DNA of 64,000 bases from Bacillota bacterium (GTDB lineage Bacteria; Bacillota; DTU025), in assembly GCA_050951805.1 (NCBI GenBank), contig JBMNJT010000004.1:32001-96000 (forward strand), written 5' to 3'. Positions 36,549 through 46,580 of this stretch are shown piece by piece. The stretch's first letter is position 1; each line of letters begins with the position of its first letter. A program made the position numbers and the translations under genes. A model generated the notes under the pieces. That model was given only the letters and a program-made list of their open reading frames with translations. It did no database searches and was not told the DNA's origin.

Positions 36549-36566
36549 GGGTTGGAGGGGCAGCAA

Positions 36567-36785
36567 ATGTGGGCAGTCCGGATCGAGCTAGGGTTGATTC
36601 GTTTTTACAGGACATGCATATCTCCGCTTAAAAAGTATCCGTGTTGTCGCTATGTTCCAACATGTTCGCAGTATGCTGAAGAAGCGGTCAAGAAGTACGG
36701 TGTTATTCGAGGCACATGGCTGGCTATGAAGAGACTGGCAAGGTGCCACCCGTTCAGCGCTGGGGGATACGATCCTGTCAAGTAG
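36567..36785 (+). CDS. yidD: Membrane protein insertion efficiency factor
   Basis: [23 protein letters not shown]. Confidence 0.95.
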   Translation: MWAVRIELGLIRFYRTCISPLKKYPCCRYVPTCSQYAEEAVKKYGVIRGTWLAMKRLARCHPFSAGGYDPVK

Positions 36786-36852
36786 GCGTGATGAACAAAT
36801 GGCGATAGCTAGGGCAGAAAGCCAAGCCTAAGTGCGAAAGGGGGATCCGCCA

Positions 36853-37485
36853 GTGGGCATCACTGGAGTGATGCAGAGCATTCTGCGATTCTTCGCAGAA
36901 GGAACAGGCAACCTTGCATGGGCAATCATCATAGTAACGACTTTAATAAGAGCTGCGCTCCATCCTCTGCAGGTTAAGCAGGTCAGGCTAATGGAGCAGA
37001 TGAAAGAGATTACGCCGAAAGTGCAAGAGCTCGAGAAGAAGTACAAGGGGCAGCCTGAGGAATACCAGCGTCGGGTGGCGGAATTGTACCGTGACAATAA
37101 TGTAAACCCGGCGGTGGGATGTCTCAGCATGCTTATTCCGCTCCCGTTTTTTGTAATATTCTACCGCGTTTTGCAAGACACCGCGTTCATTGGCGGAATG
37201 CCGGAGGCTGCGAAGGGATTTTTATGGATAAAAGATTTCGCCCTCCCGGACGCATGGGCCCTTCCTATTTTATCAGCTGCAACAACATGGCTTTCGAGCA
37301 GGCAAACGGCTACGGATCCGTCACAGAAGTCCATGGCGATAATCATGCCCATATTTATGGGCTGGATTGCTATGAGAATGCCGGCCGGCGCGGCGCTGTA
37401 TTGGGTCACGAACAATCTGATCAGTGTGGTCCAGCAGTGGTTGATCCAGCGTCAACTGGCGGCGGCCAAGAAGGGAGTCAGCTAG
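36853..37485 (+). CDS. yidC: YidC/Oxa1 membrane insertase (short form)
   Basis: NPAVGCL, FLWIKD..PD, ALYWVTNN; synteny. Confidence 0.92.
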   Translation: MGITGVMQSILRFFAEGTGNLAWAIIIVTTLIRAALHPLQVKQVRLMEQMKEITPKVQELEKKYKGQPEEYQRRVAELYRDNNVNPAVGCLSMLIPLPFFVIFYRVLQDTAFIGGMPEAAKGFLWIKDFALPDAWALPILSAATTWLSSRQTATDPSQKSMAIIMPIFMGWIAMRMPAGAALYWVTNNLISVVQQWLIQRQLAAAKKGVS

Positions 37486-38256
37486 ATGGAGCCTGTCGAA
37501 GCAGTAGGCAAGACTGTCGAAGAGGCAGTTGAGTCGGGTTTGTCCACTCTGGGTTTGGCAAGAAGTCAGGTTGAAATAGAAGTCATAGATGAAGGATCTA
37601 AGGGATTGTTTGGGCTTGTCGGAAGGAGACACGCAAGGGTCGTTGTGCGCCCACTTGCCAACATAGAGAGCAAGGGAGAGGCTTATGAAGGCGCCATGGG
37701 CGCAGTCGAGTCTCCCGTGAGGGCTGAAGAGGATTTGGGCGGCATCGACGAAGATGACGATGAATGGAGAGGCGGGTCCAGTTTCGACGAGGACGATGCT
37801 AAAAGCAGTGGATATGTGTTCTTGGAGGAGCTGATCTCCCTGATGGGCGTAGATGTTGACATCACGGAGACCCGGTCTGAAGATATTACCCTGCTGGAAG
37901 TGGAGGGCAGATCTCTTGGCATGCTCATTGGCAGGCGAGGAGAGACGCTCGATGCAATACAATATCTGGTAAATTTGGCAGCCAACAGGGAGGCTCGGGC
38001 GTCCGGAAGCTCGGAGAGGGAGAGATACGTAGTCGATATCGGCAGGTATCGCAAGAGGCGAGAAGAGGTTCTCGAGAACAAGGCTTTGGAGCTTGCAGAA
38101 AGGGTAGTGCAGGAGCAAAGGGACGAAGTCATGGAGCCGATGTCTGCCCTTGAGCGACGTGTAGTCCACATGGCCCTCAGAGACTACGATGGCGTCGTTA
38201 CGCACTCGGAAGGCCGGGAGCCATATAGGCGAATAGTAATATCCCCCAAAGAGTGA
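37486..38256 (+). CDS. jag: Jag/EloR/KhpB RNA-binding protein
   Basis: GKTVEEA, KH LIGRRGETLDAIQYL, R3H ERRVVH, SEGREPYR. Confidence 0.94.
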   Translation: MEPVEAVGKTVEEAVESGLSTLGLARSQVEIEVIDEGSKGLFGLVGRRHARVVVRPLANIESKGEAYEGAMGAVESPVRAEEDLGGIDEDDDEWRGGSSFDEDDAKSSGYVFLEELISLMGVDVDITETRSEDITLLEVEGRSLGMLIGRRGETLDAIQYLVNLAANREARASGSSERERYVVDIGRYRKRREEVLENKALELAERVVQEQRDEVMEPMSALERRVVHMALRDYDGVVTHSEGREPYRRIVISPKE

Positions 38257-38291
38257 AAAGGATCGAGCGTATAAAGGGTGACGATGAATAG

Positions 38292-38325
38292 GAGTGCGTG
38301 TTTTAATGACGCGCACTTTCTTTTA
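38292..38325 (+). terminator. Intrinsic terminator after jag
   Basis: GAGTGCG(T)GT...ACGCGCACTT then TCTTTT. Confidence 0.55.
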
Positions 38326-38434
38326 TGCTCTAGATGAGGAAGCCCGCTGCGGGATTTGGGGATGCCGATCGACTTGGTTGACACTCACGGAGATTGTGCG
38401 TGTGGTTAAAGTCTGAAGGAAGGGGGAAGCTCAG

Positions 38435-39910
38435 ATGTTCAGAGAGGATACGATAGCGGCTATTGCCACACCTCCCGGAATTGGGGGGATAGCCGTAATC
38501 AGGATATCTGGTCCCGAAGCGAAAGATGTGGCCCAGCGTGTTTTTGTGCCTGCTCGGCCAGGTGCGGCGTCAGACGGCGCGGCTGGGCTGTATCCTATCC
38601 GAGGGTGGTTATGCAAGTACGGACACGTGCATGATGCCTCAGGGGAGCTAATAGACGAAGCGATAATGACCTGGATGCCCGGGCCCACATCTTATACTCG
38701 CGAAGATGTGGCTGAGATAAGTTGCCACGGAGGAACTGCTGTGGCGCGCGCGGTCCTCGAAGCTACTCTGAAGGCAGGTGCGCGCATTGCTCAACCAGGC
38801 GAGTTCACGCGGCGGGCGTTTCTGAACGGGCGGATCAGCCTTGAGCAGGCTGAAGCGGTGCTTTCCATGGTAAATGCCCGAACAGAGAGGGCTAGGAAAG
38901 CGGCCTCCTCATTTCTCGCCGGATCCCTTGGCGTGAAAGTGCGTGAAGCCGAAGAGAGCATCATTTCCCTGATGACGGTGATTGAGGCATCGCTCGATTT
39001 TCCGGAGGAGGATATACCCGACGTTGCGATGCAGGAGATTGCGGATGAATCGTCGCGGATCGCTGCCATGCTGGAGGAGGCGTGCCAGGAAGCATCTATG
39101 GGACGTCTGCTTTGGGAAGGGGCCTCTGTGGCCATAGTTGGAAGGCCTAATGTCGGGAAATCCAGGCTTCTTAACGCCTTGCTCAAGGAGGAGCGGGCTA
39201 TTGTGTCGGAATTGCCGGGGACAACGAGGGATGTGGTGTCTGAAGTTGCCAATATCCGCGGGATCCCTATAAGGTTGATAGACACAGCCGGAATGCGCGA
39301 TTCGGTCGATCCGGTGGAGCGAATCGGTGTTGAAAGGGCTAAGATAGCTCTGGCAGATGCCGACGTGGCACTTGCTGTTGTGGACGGGTCTGAGCCGCTC
39401 AACATGGCCGACGCGGAGATCGTGTCGCAGACACCGGAATCGCATACCATCGTCGTCGTAAATAAGTGTGACCTGGCTAACGTCATGGGCGATGAGGATG
39501 CGCGCCGAATCGCTGCCGGACGTCCTGTCCTCAGGGTTTCCGCGCTTACTGGCGAAGGGCTTGACAACTTGGAGGAGGCCATCGAGGCATTGGTGCTTGG
39601 GGATCGGGGTGCGGGTATAGCTGAGATTGGCGCGTTGGCCGGACAAGGGCTGCATGGCGGTCAAGCCGCAGATCAACGTGATGGGCTCGAAACAGAATCG
39701 GAAATGCTCGGCATGAGACGCGAAGATTGCTTGAGGCGCGCGGCACAATCCCTCAGAGATGTTGCCTGCGGCGTGGAGGAGAACATGCCGCCCGACATGC
39801 TGTCGATTGATTTGAGGTCGGCCCTGGATGCGCTGGGGGAGCTTACTGGCGAAACAACGAGAGAGGATATCGTGGATAGGATATTTGCCCAGTTTTGCGT
39901 CGGCAAGTAG
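38435..39910 (+). CDS. mnmE: tRNA modification GTPase MnmE
   Basis: DTIAAIATP, GRPNVGKS, GTTRD, DTAG, NKCD, FCVGK. Confidence 0.97.
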   Translation: MFREDTIAAIATPPGIGGIAVIRISGPEAKDVAQRVFVPARPGAASDGAAGLYPIRGWLCKYGHVHDASGELIDEAIMTWMPGPTSYTREDVAEISCHGGTAVARAVLEATLKAGARIAQPGEFTRRAFLNGRISLEQAEAVLSMVNARTERARKAASSFLAGSLGVKVREAEESIISLMTVIEASLDFPEEDIPDVAMQEIADESSRIAAMLEEACQEASMGRLLWEGASVAIVGRPNVGKSRLLNALLKEERAIVSELPGTTRDVVSEVANIRGIPIRLIDTAGMRDSVDPVERIGVERAKIALADADVALAVVDGSEPLNMADAEIVSQTPESHTIVVVNKCDLANVMGDEDARRIAAGRPVLRVSALTGEGLDNLEEAIEALVLGDRGAGIAEIGALAGQGLHGGQAADQRDGLETESEMLGMRREDCLRRAAQSLRDVACGVEENMPPDMLSIDLRSALDALGELTGETTREDIVDRIFAQFCVGK

Positions 39911-39981
39911 GAGTCGAATACGGTTGTGCCTGACCGCATGGGCGATAGGCGGCATGTGAGAGACGGGGGGGTGAATCGGAA

Positions 39982-41742
39982 ATGGATTACGATGTCATAG
40001 TGATTGGGCTGGGGCATGCAGGTTGTGAAGCGGCTCTGGCATGCGCTCGGTTAGGATGTAGCACGCTTGGATTGACGGTGAGCATGGAGAACATAGCGCA
40101 GATGTCGTGCAATCCCTCACTAGGCGGACCCGCAAAAGCCCATCTCATTCGGGAGATAGACGCGTTGGGGGGAGAAATGGGCCTTGCTGCAGATGAGACC
40201 TTTATCCAGCTGCGGATGTTGAATACTTCAAAAGGCCCCGCTGTTCGTGGGTTGAGAGCGCAAATAGACAAGGCCGAGTATCAGGCGAGGATGAGGCGAA
40301 CGCTTCAGCGCCAGCCCGGACTGGTGCTCACACAAGCGACAGTGTATGACATCATCGTGCGCAATGGAAGAGTAGTCGGAGTGAGCACCGAGATAGGGGA
40401 GATTTCGTCCCGGGCAGTGATCCTTGCTACAGGAACACACCTGGGGGGCAGGGTCCACATGGGGGAGATGAACTACGAGTCAGGCCCCGACAGACAGCCG
40501 GCCGCCGTTGAGCTGGGAGAAAACCTGAGGCGGCGAGGATTCGCCATGTACCGCTTCAAGACAGGAACCCCAGCCAGAATAGATGGGAGGACCGTGGATT
40601 ACGATGCGACTCAGATCCAGTTGGGTGAGGAACTCCCATACGGCTTTTCGTATCTGCGACGGCCCTATCCGAGAGAGCAGATCCCATGCTGGCAAACGTG
40701 GACAAACGAAAGAACCCACGAAGTGATCAGGGAGAATCTTGATCGTGCGCCCATGTATACCGGCGCGATTACGGGGACAGGGCCGCGATATTGCCCTGCG
40801 ATTGAGACAAAGATTGTGAGGTTCCCTGACCGCCCTCGTCATCAGGTTTATGTGGAACCCCAGGGGCGCGGAAACGAGGAGATGTATCTGTCCGGTGTGT
40901 CGACAAGCCTTCCTGTCGATGTTCAGGAGAAGATGATCAGGACAATACGTGGGCTCGAGAATGTGCACATCATGAAGTACGGTTACGCCATAGAGTACGA
41001 CTGCATAGACCCGACTCAGCTGGCGCCTACGCTCGAGTCCCTGAAGATAGCGGGATTGTATTTCGCAGGGCAGATAAATGGGACCTCCGGTTACGAGGAG
41101 GCGGCCGCGCAGGGACTTGTGGCGGGAATCAATGCGGCGTTGAGTGTCCTTCGCCCTGATGAGCGGCTCTTGCTCGATAGATCAGAGGCCTATATTGGCG
41201 TACTCATTGACGATCTGGTCTCGAGGGGAACTGATGAACCATATCGGCTGATGACTGCACGGGCCGAGTACAGGCTTCTTCTGAGGCAGGACAATGCAGA
41301 TCTTCGGCTTACTCCCCGCGGAAGGGAGATTGGGCTAGTCGATGAGGACCGGTGGGAAAGGTTCGCTGCAAGGCGTAACGCCATTGAGCTGATTCGCAGT
41401 GGCGAAGAGCTTCCTGAGGCTCTCAGGGATTATGCTGAAGAGGCGACCGAACAGGTGGAGATAGAAAGCAAGTTTTCAGGTTATATTGCCAAACAGCGCC
41501 GTCAGGTGGAAGAGTTCAAAAAGCTTGAGAAATGGAAGATCCCTGAGGACATCGATTACACCAAACTGACGAGGCTATCGCGGGAAGCCCGTGAGCGCCT
41601 TGGGGTTGTTCGACCGTTTTCGGTTGGACAGGCATCGCGCGTGCCCGGCATTTCCCCCGCGGATCTGTTGGCTCTCACCGTTCACCTCAGAGAGATGACT
41701 TTGCAGGGACGAAAAGAGGAGGCAGCGAGGGACAATGGATGA
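39982..41742 (+). CDS. mnmG: tRNA uridine modification enzyme MnmG (GidA)
   Basis: GHAGCEAA, SKGPAV, KTGTPAR, AGQINGTSGYEEAAAQG. Confidence 0.97.
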   Translation: MDYDVIVIGLGHAGCEAALACARLGCSTLGLTVSMENIAQMSCNPSLGGPAKAHLIREIDALGGEMGLAADETFIQLRMLNTSKGPAVRGLRAQIDKAEYQARMRRTLQRQPGLVLTQATVYDIIVRNGRVVGVSTEIGEISSRAVILATGTHLGGRVHMGEMNYESGPDRQPAAVELGENLRRRGFAMYRFKTGTPARIDGRTVDYDATQIQLGEELPYGFSYLRRPYPREQIPCWQTWTNERTHEVIRENLDRAPMYTGAITGTGPRYCPAIETKIVRFPDRPRHQVYVEPQGRGNEEMYLSGVSTSLPVDVQEKMIRTIRGLENVHIMKYGYAIEYDCIDPTQLAPTLESLKIAGLYFAGQINGTSGYEEAAAQGLVAGINAALSVLRPDERLLLDRSEAYIGVLIDDLVSRGTDEPYRLMTARAEYRLLLRQDNADLRLTPRGREIGLVDEDRWERFAARRNAIELIRSGEELPEALRDYAEEATEQVEIESKFSGYIAKQRRQVEEFKKLEKWKIPEDIDYTKLTRLSREARERLGVVRPFSVGQASRVPGISPADLLALTVHLREMTLQGRKEEAARDNG

Positions 41743-42463
41743 ATTTGTTTATTACCTGAAACAGGGGGCTTGCGAGCTCGGCGTGGCTCTCTCAGAGGCT
41801 CAGATCGAGATGTTTTGTGCTTACAAAACAATGCTTGTCCACGCCAATCGCTTTGTCAACCTCACATCTATCACGGATGACCAGGGGATTGCCGTCAAGC
41901 ACTTCGTTGATTCGCTCAGTTGCCTGCTCGTGGCGGGCACAGAGAATTTCAATAGCTTCGTCGATATTGGCACTGGCGCGGGATTTCCTGGGCTGGTGCT
42001 CAAGATCATGAATCCCGGAGCCCGTGCGCTCCTTGTGGACAGTGTAAGAAAGAAAGTGGATTTCGTGCGTGAGGTAGCAGATTCTTTGGGCCTCGATGGG
42101 GTGGAAGCTCTGCATGGCCGCGCGGAGGACTTCGGTCAGGCTGGAGAATACCGTGAGCAATTCGACCTTGCTGTGGCGCGGGGAGTGGCCAACATGGGTG
42201 TTTTGGCGGAATACTGCCTCCCTTTCGTCAGGCCGGGGGGCCTTTTTGTTGCGATGAAGGGTCCGCGGGTAGTCGATGAAATGGATGCCGGGGGCAAGGC
42301 CATCGAAATACTAGGGGGCAGCCAGGCAATCCTCCGTCACCTTGCGCTTCCTTACGACGCTGGAGAAAGGGTGTTAGTCGCGGTGAGAAAAGAGCGCAAT
42401 ACGCCTGCGAAGTATCCGCGAAAGGCGGGAGCGCCGGCCAGAAAACCTCTGGGTGATGTATAA
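41735..42463 (+). CDS. rsmG: 16S rRNA m7G527 methyltransferase
   Basis: NLTSI, KHFVDSL, DIGTGAGFPG, YPRKAG. Confidence 0.96.
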   Translation: MDEFVYYLKQGACELGVALSEAQIEMFCAYKTMLVHANRFVNLTSITDDQGIAVKHFVDSLSCLLVAGTENFNSFVDIGTGAGFPGLVLKIMNPGARALLVDSVRKKVDFVREVADSLGLDGVEALHGRAEDFGQAGEYREQFDLAVARGVANMGVLAEYCLPFVRPGGLFVAMKGPRVVDEMDAGGKAIEILGGSQAILRHLALPYDAGERVLVAVRKERNTPAKYPRKAGAPARKPLGDV

Positions 42464-42559
42464 TCACACTTTTGGGCGATGCTGAATCGCCCACTATAGT
42501 GAAGGACATTCTTGCGGCGTGGCGAAGTCATGAACAGCATTCTAAGGAGGCGTAACGCA

Positions 42560-43327
42560 TTGGGCAGGGTCATTGCAGTAGCCAACCAGAAAGGCGGCAC
42601 GGCGAAGACTACGACCGCAGTCAACCTCGGTGCCTATCTTGCGATGGCAGGCAGAAGAATTCTTTTGGTGGACATGGATCCACAGGGAAACGCCAGTTCC
42701 GGGCTGGGTGTTGACAAGCGGGCCGTGGAGTCATGCATTTACAATGTTCTGATCAACGATATTGAGATTGAAAAAGCGATTCTCAACACGGGAGTCCAGG
42801 GGCTTGACATCGTTCCCGCTACGCTCAATTTGGCGGGGGCGGAGGTGGAGATGGTCAGTCTCATGTCGCGTGAGCACAGGCTCAGAAAGGCACTCGAGCC
42901 GGTGAGGGTCATATACGACTACTGTTTAGTGGACTGTCCTCCGTCGTTGGGCCTCCTAACAGTAAATGCGTTAACTGCTTCGGATTCCGTCCTGGTGCCC
43001 ATACAATGTGAGTATTACGCCCTTGAAGGCTTGGGTCAGCTAATGCGGACTATCGAATTGGTGAAACGTCACCTCAACCCGGAGCTAGAGATAGAGGGTA
43101 TTGTAATGACCATGTACGATGCCCGGACGAATCTCTCGCAACAGGTTGTTGAGGATGTGAAGAATAATTCCGGACAGCACGTTTTTGAGGCCGTGATACC
43201 GAGAAATGTGCGCCTGAGCGAAGCTCCGAGCTATGGAGTTCCGATATCTATGTATGATGACAGATCGAAGGGTGCCGAGGCGTATAGAAGTCTGGCCAAC
43301 GAGATTATGCAAAGGGAGGGGGCTTAG
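42560..43327 (+). CDS. soj: ParA/Soj ATPase
   Basis: NQKGGTAKTTT, DMDPQGNAS, DCPPSLG, EYYALEGL; TTG start after AAGGAGG. Confidence 0.96.
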   Translation: MGRVIAVANQKGGTAKTTTAVNLGAYLAMAGRRILLVDMDPQGNASSGLGVDKRAVESCIYNVLINDIEIEKAILNTGVQGLDIVPATLNLAGAEVEMVSLMSREHRLRKALEPVRVIYDYCLVDCPPSLGLLTVNALTASDSVLVPIQCEYYALEGLGQLMRTIELVKRHLNPELEIEGIVMTMYDARTNLSQQVVEDVKNNSGQHVFEAVIPRNVRLSEAPSYGVPISMYDDRSKGAEAYRSLANEIMQREGA

Positions 43328-43329
43328 CC

Positions 43330-44196
43330 ATGGCGACTAAGCGGGGATTGGGCAAGGGCCTCAATGCAATCATAGGAGAGGCCATGCTCAATGAGGAGTC
43401 GCACGAATTACGGGGTATAGAGATACCGCTGGATCAGTTGACCGCGAACCCCTTCCAACCAAGAGCCGAGTTTGATCCGGACAAGTTGGAGGAACTGGCT
43501 GAATCCATCAGGGCACATGGAGTTCTACAGCCTATAGTGGTAAGGCGGGCTGGCGAGAACTATCAGATCATCGCCGGAGAGAGGCGTTGGCGGGCCGCAC
43601 AGATGGCTGGGTTGCAAACTATCCCTGCGGTCGTCAAGGAACTTGACGATCCTGGAATGATACAGGTGGCGCTCATTGAGAACCTGCAAAGGGAAGACTT
43701 AAACCCGATAGAGGAGGCTTCAGCCTATCGGAAGCTGATGGACGAATTCAGTATGACACAGGAACAGCTATCCGGCACTTTGGGCAAGAGCCGATCGACA
43801 ATAGCTAACGCTGTGAGATTGCTTAATCTCCCCGACGAAATACAGGAGCATGTCTCACGTGGGCGCCTGACAGGAGGGCATGCCCGATGCCTCTTAGCCC
43901 TTGATGACGCCAAGGTGCAGCTGGAGGTAGCAAAGGAAGTCATCGATAAGGGGCTGACGGTTCGTCAAACAGAGGAACTAGTGAGAAGGCTAGTGAAAAA
44001 TGTTTCACGTGAAACAATTGAACAGGCTCCACAGGTGCCCGACCCGGATGTGGTAGCTATCATAAGGCACCTGAGCGAAAGGCTCGGGACGAAGGTGAAA
44101 ATAACCGGGTCCTCGGGCAAGGGCAAGGTAGAGATAGAGTATTATTCAGAAGACGATCTAGGAAGGATTCTCGATATCATTCTTGGCATTGCTTGA
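43330..44196 (+). CDS. spo0J: ParB/Spo0J
   Basis: GLGKGL, NPFQPR, GERRWRA, ENLQREDL, HTH. Confidence 0.96.
   Translation: MATKRGLGKGLNAIIGEAMLNEESHELRGIEIPLDQLTANPFQPRAEFDPDKLEELAESIRAHGVLQPIVVRRAGENYQIIAGERRWRAAQMAGLQTIPAVVKELDDPGMIQVALIENLQREDLNPIEEASAYRKLMDEFSMTQEQLSGTLGKSRSTIANAVRLLNLPDEIQEHVSRGRLTGGHARCLLALDDAKVQLEVAKEVIDKGLTVRQTEELVRRLVKNVSRETIEQAPQVPDPDVVAIIRHLSERLGTKVKITGSSGKGKVEIEYYSEDDLGRILDIILGIA
44001..44016. promoter_or_regulatory. parS site (within spo0J)
   Basis: Perfect palindrome TGTTTCACGTGAAACA. Confidence 0.95.
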
Positions 44197-44789
44197 CTGC
44201 AACGCCGGTGGAAGGAAAGTTGATGGACTGGAGGAGGGACCGGGGCCTCGTGGGGCCTGGGCTTGATATGGAACAAAGTGCAGTAATTGGCCTCATCTGT
44301 GCACAACAGCAGCTCGTGCCAATGATTCTATCAATTATTCTATTGATAAGCGTGGTTGTTTTTATCAATGCAACGAACAGGATCAGACGTCTGGAGAAGG
44401 CATACCGCTCTTTGCTCGGGACGGAGAGCGAAGAGAAGGATATAGAACAGATAATCATGGAATACATTCGCAAGACGGACATGCTTCAGGACCAACTTGA
44501 TGAGACTCGAAAGGAATTGGAGCGCGCACAAGATGCGGCTCTAGCTTACATACAGAAGGTCGGCATTGTTCGATATGATGCTTTTGACGATACAGGCGGA
44601 GAGCAAAGTTTTTCCATGGCATTGCTGGACGCCAATGCTAACGGCGTCGTTGTGAGTGGGCTGTCGGGGCGTGAGGAGACTCGTGTCTATGCCAAACCCG
44701 TTAAGGGCGGGCGTTCCCCTCATACGTTATCTGATGAGGAAATACAGGCTATTGCTAGAGCCATTGAATCATCCAAAGAGAAACTATAG
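44193..44789 (+). CDS. DUF4446 family membrane-anchored protein (start probably ~44268)
   Basis: QKVGIVRYDAFDDTGGEQSFS, RVYAKP, LSDEE. Confidence 0.88.
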   Translation: MTATPVEGKLMDWRRDRGLVGPGLDMEQSAVIGLICAQQQLVPMILSIILLISVVVFINATNRIRRLEKAYRSLLGTESEEKDIEQIIMEYIRKTDMLQDQLDETRKELERAQDAALAYIQKVGIVRYDAFDDTGGEQSFSMALLDANANGVVVSGLSGREETRVYAKPVKGGRSPHTLSDEEIQAIARAIESSKEKL

Positions 44790-44955
44790 TGCCCATGAAG
44801 GCGAACTGAACGAAAGTCGGGAAATCGGGAATCATTAATGGAAGATGTTGCAGGAAATCGGATTCATATGGCGAATATGTCCGTGATGTTGGTGTCTGCC
44901 AGGGGGCAGACTTCTTCTTGAGTCATCTTGAACGGGTTCGAAAGGGGGGCGACCG

Positions 44956-46020
44956 GTGCAGCAAAGGTTCGTTCGGCGAGTTCCTGCCCGGAAGCGCCAA
45001 GGGTCCCTTACAGTCATCGCCATTCCATCCTCGGGAGAACCTCCAAGGTCGGTTGGCATTCCGACGCAGATGCTCGCGATCTGCGCTGCAGCACTAATAG
45101 GGGTAATTGGCATATTCGTGATCTCGTATTTGAACATGAGCCGAGGGATTGCGACGCTCAATGAGGCAAAGATGGACAGCGACAATGCCATTGAGCAATT
45201 GCTTTCAGAGAATCAGACGCTCAAGCTTGAGAAGCAAGAGCGACTTGCCAAAATGCAGGAACTTGCGAGCAAGACACAGATGTTGGAAGCGACAGTGAGC
45301 CGGATTGCTGACGAGAAGGCGGAGATATGGGCGATAGTGAAAGGTTCGGATGCGGCCCAAAAGAACGCTTCATCAAGCAATGCGGTTTCATCTAGGGGTG
45401 GAGCTTCGAGAGGTGGCGCTCCCGGGGCAGAAAGGGAATCCCCTGAGGCGGTGCTCGATGCCGTGGCAAATGCCCCGGCCGTAGATGTCGGCGCCGACGC
45501 TTTCGATGGAGAGCAGTATCTTGTGGAGACGATGGCAGAAGAACTTGAAATGTTGTTGGTTGCAACGTCGGCGATGCAAAAAGATCTGTCGGACTTGCGC
45601 GTCTCCGCTGAGACCTATCGCTCCAAGTTGGACCACACGCCGTCTGGATGGCCTGTCAACGGGCGAATCACATCAGCGTACGGCAACAGGCGGCATCCGA
45701 TACTGCGGATTACTCGCTTTCATGAGGGCGTTGACATTGCGGCGACGCATGGCACGCCAATAGTGGCTGCCGCCGATGGAGTAGTAGTCTTGTCTGGCTG
45801 GTCCGGCGGGTATGGCAATGCTGTAGAGATTTCACATGGCTTCAATTGCAGCACCTTTTATGCCCACAACTCGCGGAATGTGGTGAAGGTAGGGCAGAAG
45901 GTGAAGAAAGGGCAGATAATTGCCTATGTGGGCAGCACTGGCTTGAGCACTGGGCCGCACTGTCATTATGAGGTGCGAATAGGAGGGCGTCACGTGGATC
46001 CCGCGCCATACATGAAATAG
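44956..46020 (+). CDS. M23 (LytM) peptidase with TM segment and coiled coil
   Basis: HEGVD, YAHNS, STGPHCHYEV. Confidence 0.92.
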   Translation: MQQRFVRRVPARKRQGSLTVIAIPSSGEPPRSVGIPTQMLAICAAALIGVIGIFVISYLNMSRGIATLNEAKMDSDNAIEQLLSENQTLKLEKQERLAKMQELASKTQMLEATVSRIADEKAEIWAIVKGSDAAQKNASSSNAVSSRGGASRGGAPGAERESPEAVLDAVANAPAVDVGADAFDGEQYLVETMAEELEMLLVATSAMQKDLSDLRVSAETYRSKLDHTPSGWPVNGRITSAYGNRRHPILRITRFHEGVDIAATHGTPIVAAADGVVVLSGWSGGYGNAVEISHGFNCSTFYAHNSRNVVKVGQKVKKGQIIAYVGSTGLSTGPHCHYEVRIGGRHVDPAPYMK

Positions 46021-46055
46021 AGCGCTTTAGCACAGACTTAGCAGGAGGGGATCGC

Positions 46056-46475
46056 ATGTTTCGTAGAAGGCCGGAGAAGGCGCCTGGCGCGGCAAGGATC
46101 GATACTTACATAGGCAAGGGTACCACGGTCGAGGGCTCCATCGAGGCGAGCGGGTCGGTGCGGATAGATGGCTTTGTAAAGGGCACACTGCGCGTGGATG
46201 GCGACCTCATAATTGGGGCCGACGGCGTAGTGGTGGCGTCTGTAACCGCGGCCAATGTTACCGTAGCCGGTGAACTCAGGGGTGAAGTGGATAGTCCCGG
46301 AAGATTGGACATAGCACCCACTGGCCAGATGTTGGGTGATGTCATCGTCGGATCCTTGAATGTGGATGATGGCGCTTTGTTTCTTGGGCAGTGCAACATG
46401 AAGGACGAGGTTCGGTCCCAACCGAAGGTCCTGGCAGCTCCAGATGACAGCGGAAACTCCGATTCTCAGCAGTAG
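46056..46475 (+). CDS. Bactofilin (polymer-forming cytoskeletal protein)
   Basis: TYIGKGTTVEG..VRIDG..G beta-helix repeats, GALFLGQCNM. Confidence 0.92.
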   Translation: MFRRRPEKAPGAARIDTYIGKGTTVEGSIEASGSVRIDGFVKGTLRVDGDLIIGADGVVVASVTAANVTVAGELRGEVDSPGRLDIAPTGQMLGDVIVGSLNVDDGALFLGQCNMKDEVRSQPKVLAAPDDSGNSDSQQ

Positions 46476-46580
46476 CCGGCTTGAGGAAATAATGTGGGAT
46501 CGTTGGGGGTAAGCAATCCTTTGGAAGGTGCTTGCCCTCTTTTGATATGCAGCAAATTGAATCGAATGGGAGGGTTGTCA

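Noticed and set aside
37321-39955. Long minus-strand ORFs opposite jag and mnmE
   Set aside because: Antisense shadows typical of GC-rich coding DNA, with no recognisable motifs
43851-43866. TGTCTCACGTGGGCGC as a third parS
   Set aside because: The right half is too degenerate
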